Assembly: GCF_044704955.1 (NCBI RefSeq)
Contig: NC_091984.1
Coordinates: 105,710,001-105,774,000, forward strand
DNA: 64,000 nt
Reading direction: 5' to 3'
From: Pristiophorus japonicus
Lineage: Eukaryota
Shown here: positions 37,731-48,544 of the stretch, in pieces
Layout of the letters: each line of letters starts with the position of its first letter
Numbering within the stretch: the stretch's first letter is position 1
Position numbers and translations under genes: made by a program
The notes under the pieces: model-generated
What the model saw: only the letters and a program-made list of their open reading frames with translations
Databases searched by the model: none
What the model was told of the DNA's origin: nothing

Positions 37731-37930
37731 AGCTCTGTCAAACCTGTGTGGTGGCTGGGGTGCAACGGCCACCAAACGTTAAAAAAATCCATGCACAGGC
37801 ATCTTCCACCCTTCAGCATGTAGTTCGGGACCTGGAATTTAGGTCCTACATTGAAACACCTGTGAACTCATCCCTTTTTGGCGTGGAAACAAATCATCCT
37901 CGCTTCGAGGGACCGCCTATGATGATGATG
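37731..37930 (+). mobile_element. Short non-autonomous element with an RTE-type 3' tail
   Basis: Ends GTGGAAACAAATCATCCTCGCTTCGAGGGACCGCCTAT(GAT)n like the RTE copies; no ORF. Confidence 0.7.
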
Positions 37931-38054
37931 ATTATGATTAAATTGAGTGTGCCTTTTCGAAGATCTACATTTCACAAACTTTAAGAAGGACAGAAACAAG
38001 GAAAGACCATCAAACTTTATCCTTTCACAGATTGTGTACAGTTTTTATACTACG

Positions 38055-39149
38055 TTTGTTTAGTTCGATTTGCTGGACACTGGCCTCCCTGAAGCATAAC
38101 CACTTGGGCAAGATGGCAGCTTGAGTCAGCACCTCCATGAAGGAAGGAAAGAAAATTAGGGGGATAATATAGTAAATGAAGAGCAGTGCTGTACATTACT
38201 GTAGATTATGAGCAGAAAGGAATATGGGTCAGTCCCACATCTTCCACCATTTTGTTCCAGCAGACTTCCCTTTATGCTTCCACAGATCACATTTTCTGAG
38301 GTTTATTTTTAAAATATCTTTTTGTAATAGTAATGGAACTGGTCAAGCTATCAATAGTGCACAAGATATAAGTCCAGGGCAGATATCTAACAAAAAATAT
38401 AAAATAAGGACCAACATTTGAAAGAAGAACAATTAGTCATAAGAAGATAACAGACAAATGATTTTGCAGATAGGTGTTTTCACAAAATCTGAAATTACAC
38501 AGATGTTAAATCATACATTGTTTGCGTCACATTGAGGCCCAATTGTAAACAAGAGAAGAACCTGGTAAAGCCTGTGGGTATTTTGGAAGATATTTTGGGG
38601 GATTTTTGTAAAAACAGTATCAGAGAAATTGGAGCTCTTTTTCATTAGAACAAAGAATGTTAGATGGAGATCAGATAGCAGTATTGGAAATTATGCAGGG
38701 TTTTGTTAAAGTAAATAGAGATAAACTTTCCACCAACTTGTGAGTTGGTAACTGGAGGGGGTAAATTTAAGGTCCTCACCTTAATGGAGAGAGGTTAGGA
38801 GAGTGTTTTTTGCACAGATGGTTGTTAGGAGTTGTGGAGTGCTTAAAGCAGAATTCATAAAAGCTTTTGAAAGGGAAATTAATAAATACATGAAAAATAA
38901 ACTTTCAAAGGGTATGGAGAAATGATTGGTGAATGGAATTGACTCAGGGATATGGCACTGGCTTCAGAAGACCAAATAGTCTCATCTCGTAAAGTACATT
39001 TCTATGATTGGCTGTTTTTGTTTAGATGGAATGATATGAATCATATAATTTTCTTTCCTTCCTTCATGGAGGTGCTGACTCAAGCTGCCATCTTGCCCAA
39101 GTGGTTATGCTTCAGGGAGGCCTGTGTCCAGCAAATCGAACTAAACAAA
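38055..39149. repeat. 104-bp inverted repeat pair (38055-38158 and 39046-39149)
   Basis: Arms are reverse complements with one mismatch by eye. Confidence 0.92.
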
Positions 39150-40042
39150 TCCATCACAACTGTACCCTTCACAGAATGGGTGTGGCTTTTCCAAAACGTG
39201 TCATGCAAGGATCTTTCTCCTTCCTCAAACTTGAGCCACTTTTACACTGGTGTTTATTTAGTTTGAATTACCGGAGACTGGAGTCCATGCTCTACTATAT
39301 CTAGCTTTCTTGTCCCAGCAGCAGAATTGTACTCATTTATTTTGGGATCTATGATTCTGCCACTGGGATAAGAGGGTCGGATTGAGCAATGCTAACACAA
39401 AGAGGTGGTGCACACACAGCACCCTCCCCTCCAATGATCCAAACTACATAAGTACCAGTGTAGTAGCACTTATCCCATCCATCTCACCTTCTGAGAGAAA
39501 GTTCTGTATGAATATTCTCTGAATCCTAAGATCATCAACCAAAACTCCAGAAAGTTCACCCATAATGAGACATTCTGCGTGAACTTGGCTCACATGGACT
39601 CAGATATATAGAAAGAAGGACTTACAAAAAATACTTTATAGTACCTTTCACAACCACCGTCTCAAAGTGCTTTACAGCCAATGAAGTACTTTTGGAGTGT
39701 AATTACTGTTGTAATGTGGGAAACAAAATCTAACAAAAAAAATCACTACATTTTACAAACAATTATTTTATATGTTAGTGACTCTATAATAACAATTCAA
39801 AATAATTCTCTTGTGTTCAGCACTAAAGATCACTCCCATAAAAGGGCTCTCACTCCCCATGAGCCAAAGTGTGATATCTGGTACTGTAGCGAATCAGTTT
39901 ATACAGTAATGTATTTAGTTTACTGGATTTATCACAAAAAACAGTCAAAGCAATAGCAAGTGACAATGCAGACAATTAGCATATTTTACAGAACTATCTA
40001 CACCTCTTCCAACACAAAAATAAAGGACGCAATGTTTTGTTA

Positions 40043-40437
40043 CGAGGAAAGGGGAAGAGGAAAAGGGAGGCGGTTGAGGAATGGAACGAAGAGGGGAGGA
40101 AGAAAGGTGAAGGATGGAGAGAGGAGAGGGGTGAAGGGGAGGGAAGAAGGAAAAGAAATGCAAGGAAGAAAGGGGGAAGGTGAAGAATGGGGAGGAGCAA
40201 AGGTGGAAGAGGAGGTGTGGTTAGAGAAAAGTGGTGGAGAATGTAAATGAAACAGGAAAAGTAGGTGGGGAAGGAAAGGGGAGAATATTGAAGGATAGGG
40301 CCGGTAGTGGGGGAGGGTTAGGAGGAAAAACAGAGGGAGGGGGGGAAGGGGCAAGGTTGGGGAATAAAAGGGAGAGGAGGTGGGGTAAGAGAGACAGACA
40401 ACAGGTAAGAGAGGGGAGGAGGAAATGAGGAAGGGGC
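40043..40437 (+). repeat. Polypurine (GA-rich) low-complexity tract
   Basis: About 400 bp of almost only G and A on the plus strand. Confidence 0.85.
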
Positions 40438-40440
40438 ACT

Positions 40441-40842
40441 GGACCACCGGACGTCTTAAAGTACTTTACAGCCAATGAAGTACTTTTGGAGTGTAGTCAC
40501 TGTTATAGGAAATGTGGCAGCCAATTTGTGTACAAGCAAGCTCCCACAAACAGCAATGTGATAATGACCAGATAATCTGTTTTTTCGTTATGTTGATTGA
40601 GGGATAAATATTGGCCAGGACACCGGGAATAACTCCCCTACTCTTCTTCGAAATAGTACGATGGGATCTTTTATGTCCACTTGAGAGAGCAGACGGGGCT
40701 TCCGTTTTTGATGTCTCATCCGAAAGATTGCACCTCCAACAGTGCAGTGCTCCCTCAGTACTGCACTGGAGCGTCAACCTAGATTTTTTGTGCTCAAGTT
40801 TCTGGAGTGGGACTTGAACCCACAACTGAGCCACAACTGACA
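40441..40842 (-). mobile_element. tRNA-head DeuSINE-like SINE
   Basis: Same family as 37170-37618. Confidence 0.8.
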
Positions 40843-42418
40843 TTATAGTGGGGAATCCCTAGCGCAATCTGCTGTAATGTCACCAAGCTGTCTAATCAGC
40901 CAATCACATTGAAGAATTCTCACAGACAGGGAAGCAGGAAATAAGGACCTGCTTTTATCCCGACTTTTTAAAATGTTACAGAGAGCAAAACAAAGATTGG
41001 GGCTCTCACACGGCGATAAGATAGGGCCTGAAATATCATGAACAAACTTAAAAAATATATATAAAAAAATGTAATGGGGTATTTAATAGCACGGAAAAGC
41101 TCAAGTTTTTATCAGTTTCACTGATTACGCTGATTGCCAGCTATGGGGTGGGGGGGGGGGAGGGCGCGGGGGTGTTCATAGCTTAGCCAGTTTCAGAGCA
41201 GTGACCGTAATTTCAGGATTTCCGCATTAAGCTGCGCATGCATTACATCCTGAAGTTGCGGTCAGTTTCAAAGGCGTAATAACGGTGAACGCTGTTACTT
41301 CGCCATTATTACCCACCATAAATTCCGCTCAATATGTAAACATCCCCTCTCGGCTCACTGACCTATGGCGGAGGCAAGGGGTAGAATGGAGTCCTTTCAC
41401 ATACATACATACATACAGTTCAAAGACTTCCCTTTACTCTTCCTCAGATTGCATTTTCTGTGGGTTTTTTTTTGCATCATTCTTGTCAGTGGAAAACTTA
41501 TGATAGTCTTGTCCTTTTTACCAATTTCACAACTGACTTGCATAAGAAATGCTACACTCTATGCTCCTTCTTCACTGGCCACACTTATCACATTGTTCAG
41601 TTCCTTCCTGTATTTTGTGGAATCGTCAGTAACCAAAACACAAATACTTGCTCATTGCTTTCCACTTTCTACATTTCATGTTTTACAGTCTAGTTCACTA
41701 GGATCTTCATTTGATTTCTTGAAGCTCTGAGCTTTCACCTTGAAGCAGTGTAGGAGGACTCATGCGATGAGGGAGCATGGATTTAGTCCAATGTCCTCAT
41801 TCATGGTGGGTTCTCCTTTGCTGTCGCCGCCTTTCCTTTCCAGCTTTTTTATTCTCCGCCCTTTTACAAGAGGCTTTCATTTTCTCTATTTTTATCTCTG
41901 ATAATTTGCTAATCAGCAAACCACTAAATTCTTAGGGTAAAAACAATAGTAGTTTCTGAACCATTATCAAAGCTTCTCAAAAATTGAAATGACTCGCTCA
42001 GTAGCTACTGCCTTGACTTTGTGGCCAGTTGTATGACCGGAGTCAACCAGGCCGCTACTTCTGCCACTTGTCCACCTGCTGACAATATCCTCAACAGGCC
42101 ACTGGACTTCAGTGCCAGGCTTGTGACAAAAGGACTACCGGTGGACCAAAGGAGATGCACAGTTCAGAAGGCAGCGAGTCACGTACTTGTGTGCAATGAT
42201 AAGCCGAGTGGTTACGTGGTGCGCTTTGAAATGCACCCCAGTTAAATGCAGAAGTCAGCGGGATGACGTCGGGTTCCCCACGCGCTGTCAATTTCAGCAC
42301 TTTTAACTGCTGACCTGCCCCCAAACCCACATTTCTGCAATGTGAAAATTCCAGCCATAGTATTTCACTGTTTTCATAAGTTCTACTTTACAGAAGTATG
42401 TTTCCCTGACACCCAGGT

Positions 42419-45400
42419 TGTTATATATGTAAACTTGTATATTCTCTGTACAGCCACCAGAGGGTTCATCCCCTGGAGTCCCACGGGATCCCATAATCCC
42501 TTGGGAGCACAGGTATTTAAGGAGGCCTCACAGGTTGGAGGGGCACTCTGGAGACCTGCAATAAAAGACTACGGTCACACTTTACTTTGAGCTCACAGTG
42601 TTCAGTCTGACTCTTCCTCCATACATAACAACTGGCGATGAGATACAGATAACGAACCCAAAAATGCAGAGAACAGTGGGCATCCTGGAGAAATTCTCGG
42701 AGGGAGATGATTGGGAAACATTTGTGGAACGATTCACCAATACTTCATAGCCAACGAGCTGGATGGAGAAGAGAATGCTGCCAAACAAAGGGCGATCCTC
42801 CTCACAGTCTGTGGGGCACCAACCTATGTCCTCATGAAAAATCTGCTTACTCCAGCGAAACCCACGGAGAAATCGTACAATGATTTGTGTACACTGGTCC
42901 GGAAGCAATTGAACCCAAAGGTAAGCGTTCTGATGGCGAGGTACCGGTTCTACACCTACAAGAGGTCTGAAGGCCAGGAAGTGGCGAGTTATGTTGCCGA
43001 GCTTAGATACCTTGCAGGACATAGCGAATTTGAAGGACATTTGGAGCACATGCTCAGAGACTTTTTCATACTTGGCATTGGCCACGAAACCATACTTCAC
43101 AAACTTCTGGCTGTAGAGACCCATTGCAAACTTGCAAGAGATTCATTGCAACCAGTGACAATACTAAGCAAAGCTCTCAACACACAAATGCTGCAACAAG
43201 TACTGTGAACAAAGTGATGTTGTTTTCAAATCGCAACGCACAGGGCAGGTCACACATGCCTGCAGCTGCACCTGCGCAGATGTCTCAGAGTCCACCATCA
43301 AGGGTGATGAATGCAAGGCCATTAACACCTTGTTGGCGCTGCGGGGGTGATCATTGTTTCCATTCATGCCGCTTCAAAGGGTACGTTTGCAAGGGCTGTG
43401 GAACAATGGGACACCTCTAACGTATGTGCAGGCGGGCTGCAAATCCTGTTAATCCTGCAAACCACCATGTTGCAGAGGAGGACAGATTCACGGAGGATCA
43501 CGACGAACCAGAGCCTCAGACCGAGGAGGCAGAGGTACGTGGGGCGCACACATTAACCACAAAATGTCCCCCGATAATGCTGAATGTTGAACTAAGTGGA
43601 CTCACGGTGTCAATGGAGCAGGACACGGGCACGAGCCAGTCCATCATGGGCAAAAACACTTTCAAAAGATTGTGGTGCAACAAGGCCTCAAGGCCAGTCT
43701 TAACTCCAGTTCGTACGAAACTAAGAACTTACACAAAAGAACTGATTCCCGTATTCGGCAGTGCTATTGTAAAGGCCTCCTACGATGAAGCGGTGCACAA
43801 GCTACCACTCTGAGTGGTGCCGGGCAATGGACCCACGCTGCTCAGCAGGAGCTGGCTGGGAAATATATGCTGGAACTGGGACGACGTCCGAGTGCTATCG
43901 CCTGCTGACGACACTTCGTGCGCCCATGTCTTAAACAAGTTCCCTTCGCTGTTCGAACCAGGCATCGGGAAATTCCAAGGAGCAACAGTGCAGATCCACC
44001 TAATTCTGGGGGCGCGATCCATCCATCACAAGGCGAGAGCAGTACCGTACATGATGAGAGAAAGGGTAGAGTTCGAGATTGATCGGCTGCAACGAGAGGG
44101 TATCATTTCACCGATCGAGTTCAATGAGTAGGCCAGCCTGATCATTCCTGTCCTCAAGGGAGATGGCACCGTCAGAATCTGTGGCGATTACAAAGTAACT
44201 ATTAATCATTTCTCCCTGCAGGACCAATACCCACTACCAAAGGCCGACGACCTATTTGCAACGCTGGCGGAAGGAAAGACATTCACGAAGCTGGATTTGA
44301 CTTCAGCCTAAATGACGCAGGAACTGGAAGAATCATCGAAGGGCCTCACCTGCATCAACACGCACAAAGGTCTTTTCATTTATAACAGGTGCCCGTTTGG
44401 AATTCAATCAACGGCGGCAATATTCCAGAGAAACATGGAGAGCTTACTGAAGTTGGTCCCGCACACCGTGGTCTTCCAGGACGACATCTTGGTCACAGGT
44501 GGGGACACAGTCGAACATCTGCAGAACCTGGAGGAGGTTCTTAGTCGACTCAACCGCATGGGGCTCAGGCTAAAACGCTCGAAGTGCGTTTTCCTGGTGC
44601 CTGAAATGGAGTTCTTGGGGAGGAGGATCGCGGCGGATGGCATCAGGCCCACCGATTCGAAGACGGAGGCAATCGAGAACGCACCAAGGCCACAGAACGT
44701 GATGGAGCTGCGGTCGTTTCTAGGACTCCTGAATTACTTTGGAAACTTCTTACCGGGTCTCAGCACACTGTTAGAACCACTGCATGTCTTACTGCGTAAA
44801 GGGGACGAATGGGTTTGGGGTAAAAGCCAAGAAAATGCCTTTGTAAAAGCTAGAAAATTGTTTTGCTCAAACAAATTGCTTATGTTGTATGATCCATGTA
44901 AGCGTTTGGTGCTAGCATGTGATGCGTGGTCATATGGCGTCGGGTGTGTATTGCAACAAGCTAATGATTTTGGGAGACTGCAACCGGTTGCCTATGCATC
45001 TAGGAGTATGTCTAAGGCTGAGAGAGCCTACAACATGATTGAAAAAGAAGCGTTAGCGTGTGTCTATGGGGTGAAAAAAATGCATTAATACCTGTTTGGG
45101 CTAAAATTCGAATTGGAAACTGATCATAAGCCACTGTTTTCCGAGAGTAAAGGGATAAATACCAACGCATCGGCCCACATCCAGAAGATGGGCGCTCACG
45201 TTGTCCGCATACAACTACGCCATCCACCACAGAAAACTGCGCTGATGCTCTCAGTAGGCTACCATTGCCCACCACAGGAGTGGAAATGGCGCAGCCCGCA
45301 GATCTAGCCATGGTTATGGAAGCTTTTGAGAGTGAGCAATCACCAATCACTGCCTGGCAAATCAAAACCTGGACGAGCCAGGACCCCTTATTGTCCCGAG

Positions 45401-46923
45401 TCAAAAACTGTGTGCTTCACGGGAGCTGGTCCAGTGTCCCAGTGGAAATGCAGGAAGAGATAAAGCCGTTCCAAAGGAATGTCTATACATGCAGACTGTC
45501 TTCTGTGGGGCAATGGAGTAGTGGTTCCCAAGAAGGGCAGAGACACCTTCATCAGTGACCTCCACAGTAGCCACCCAGGCATCCTAATGATGAAAGCGAT
45601 AGCCAGATCCCACGTGTGGTGGCCCGGTATCGATGCGGACTTAGATTCCTGCTTGCACAGATGTAATACATGCTCGCAGTTAAGCAATGTACCCAGGGAG
45701 GCGCCACTAAGTTTATGGTCTTGGCCCTCCAAACCATGGTCTAGAGTACACGTTGACTATGCAGGCCCGTTCTTGGGTAAAATGTTTCTTGTGGTTGTAG
45801 ATGCATACTCCAAGTTAATTGAATGTGAGATAATGTCGGCTAGCACGTCCGCTGCCACTACTGAAAACCTGCGGGCCATGTTTGCCACACACGGCATACC
45901 CGAAGTCCTGGTGAGCGACAACGGGCCATGTTTTACCAGTGATGATTTCAAAGAATTCATGAACTGCAACAGGATCAAACATGTCACATCTGCCCCGTTT
46001 AAACCAGCGTCCAATGGTCAGGCAGAGAGAGCAATGCAAACCATCAAGCAGGGCTTGAAGAGGGTAACGGAAGGCTCACTGCAGACTCACCTATCCCAGG
46101 TCCTGCTTAGCTACCGCACAAGACCCCACTCGCTCACTGGGATCCCACCTGCTGAACTGCTCATGAAAAGAGCATTTAAGACAAGGCTCTCGTTCATTCA
46201 CCCTGATCTACATGAACAGGTAGAGAGCAGACGGCTTCAACAAAGTACATACCATGATAGCGCAAATGTGTCACGCGAGATTGAAATCAATGATCCTGTA
46301 TTTGTATTGAATTATGGACAAGGTCCCAAGTGGCTTCTCGGCACTGTCGTGGCCAAAGAGGGAAGCAGGGTGTTTCGGGTCAAACTTTCAAATGGACTCA
46401 TTCACCGGAAACACTTGGACCAAATCAAACTCAGATTCATGGACTATCCTGAGCAACCCACCTTGGACCCTACCTTCTTTGACCCCCCCCAACATACACA
46501 CCAGTGGCAACCGGCACCACGGTTGGCCACGAAGCAGAACCCATCATCCACAGCAGCCCAGCAGGACCCACCACACCAGGCAGCCCAGCAAGGCCAGCTG
46601 CACAGCAGGCCCAGCGAGGGCCCAACAAATGATTCACCAACACCAGCTTTCACACCGCGACGATCAACCAGGGCAAAAAGGGCCCCAGATCGACTCGGGG
46701 GTTGGGGGAGTGCTGTTATATATGTAAACTTGTATATTCTCTGTACAGCCACCAGAGGGCTCATCCCCTGGAGTCCCAAGGAATCCCATAATCTCTTGGG
46801 AGCACAGGTATTTAAGGAGGCCTCACAGGTTGGAGAGGCACTCTGGAGACCTGCAATAAAAGATTACGGTCACACTTTACTTTGAGCTCAGTGTTCAGTC
46901 TGACTCTTTCTCCATACATAACA
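42419..46923 (+). mobile_element. Full-length Ty3/Gypsy (Mag-like) LTR retrotransposon 2, disabled
   Basis: LTRs 42419-42630 and 46714-46923 (TG...CA; about 7 substitutions and one 2-bp indel). TSD CAGGT at 42414-42418 and 46924-46928. PBS TGGCGATGAG at 42633. G-rich polypurine tract. Confidence 0.96.
42664..46690 (+). pseudogene. gag-pol of Gypsy element 2
   Basis: Gag knuckles CWRCGGDH...C and CKGCGTMGH, degenerate protease QDTGT, RT FQDD, RNase H, and an intact-looking integrase (HHCC; DYAGP, VSDNG, AER). Several stops and frameshifts upstream. Confidence 0.92.
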
Positions 46924-48246
46924 CAGGTGATGACACAGAATGAGCATGATAGGTAAAGAGTTGAGTGAAGCCTCTATTAATTATTCAAGGTGTGCTTCAG
47001 GAACATTTCCATTAATTAATCTAGGTGCGCTTGTGAGGTCATTAAAACTCTTCCTGTACTTGGGGTGGTGGAGGTTGCAGTCAGCAGTCTCTTTCCATTG
47101 GGCCTGAATCATCCTCACGGGGCTTCCAGCTTTCAGTCTACAACAGTCTTTCCCTTCTAGCCCTTCCTTCAGTCAGGAAAACATCCACGGATGTATCTAT
47201 GAATCTGGGAGCCCTTCCTGCTGCTACCCCAGCCCTACGAAGACTGCTGCTTTCGCAATCATTGTGGTCCCTCTTTAATTGCTGCCACATTTTAAGCAGT
47301 GCAGCACCACTCTATTCCCCTCACTCCCAGCAGCAGCAGCAATCCACTGAGGGGTGGTATTACTGCTCCTAATGAACCCCACATACCTAATTCTGGCCCC
47401 AGGATAAAAAGCCCATGTGTTAGTGGCGGAGTCACGTGGGAGGCAGATGTTCAGCCCCACTGCTAACCTATCGATTGGAGGAAAATACAGCCCAATGTTT
47501 CGAAGGTTCATCTGCTGTTTCTTTTCAGCCTGAACTTTAGTGAGCATTAAACAAAAAATCTTTGAAGGTACCTTACTGACATGTCTTTTCCTGTAAAAAT
47601 GAACACAATACAAATGTTCCAGAATATCAACACAAATTAAAGCATTTCCATGAGATAGGATCAGAGAATGCAGCTCTTGCCAAAAAACACTGTACAATCT
47701 GCCAGCAAAAGGCACACATCCTGATTTCTTGGTACCGGTGTGCACAGCAGGAAAGTGAAATTCTGCATTAATAAACATAGATCAAATCTCTGCTGACAAC
47801 CTGTTGTTCTATTTGGTATATCCTTGGAACTTGACGTCAGGTTAGACAATTTTAAGAATGCAGAAATCAAAAGATTGTTCCACACTACCATTTAAATTAA
47901 CAGTTTTACTTCTTGCAATAGTTCCCTTGAGCTGTGTAAAATTCCCCAAGTCATGTTGGAACTACGAGCGACCTTATCATGACCTATAATTATCATCCAT
48001 CGTGGAAATGCCCTTGCCGTTTGTGGAATGTGAACGTTCTGAAGCCTTTATTTAGCACGGCCTTCTCTGAACAGGAGCGCATCTTGTGAAACCCTTGATT
48101 GAGGCAATGAGTGATTAACCCAACTTCAGAGTGATGCAGGTTCGTCTAGAGTTCAGTTGATGCTGTATTTTTCATGGGGCTTCCTTTGTGGAACATTCAC
48201 TTTCCACATGAAAGAAAAAAGAAAGACTTGCATTTATATAGGAACG

Positions 48247-48494
48247 TGTTAGATTGCAACACCTAAAGCTCTGATTAGGTTCCCTTGATCACAAGACCTA
48301 ATTGCTGATTGGTCCCCTTTGAGAATAAGACACACCCAGCAGTTTCTCTGGAATGTGTAATTAGAACCTCCCTGCCTACGTAATCAGTGACTTTGCAAAG
48401 TGTAATTTGAACCATTCTGACTGCCGACTCCAGACAGAACAGAGCTCAGTTGGAACAGATAGAGCTCACTCTCACAGGTCACGACATTCTCACA
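48247..48494 (-). repeat. Possible LTR remnant with adjacent polypurine tract
   Basis: On the minus strand, GGGGGAGG is followed by TGTGAG...TCTAACA (TG...CA, 248 bp). No partner LTR seen. Confidence 0.35.
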
Positions 48495-48544
48495 CCTCCC
48501 CCAAACAAGTTCCTACCCTTACCTCCCACTGCCCAAGTGCCTGA

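Noticed and set aside
39945-40475. Several ORFs rich in G/E/K/R or P/S/L/F
   Set aside because: Artefacts of the polypurine tract.
47275-47778. 167-aa minus-strand ORF as a possible exon of a neighbouring gene
   Set aside because: No recognisable domain and no consistent splice structure.
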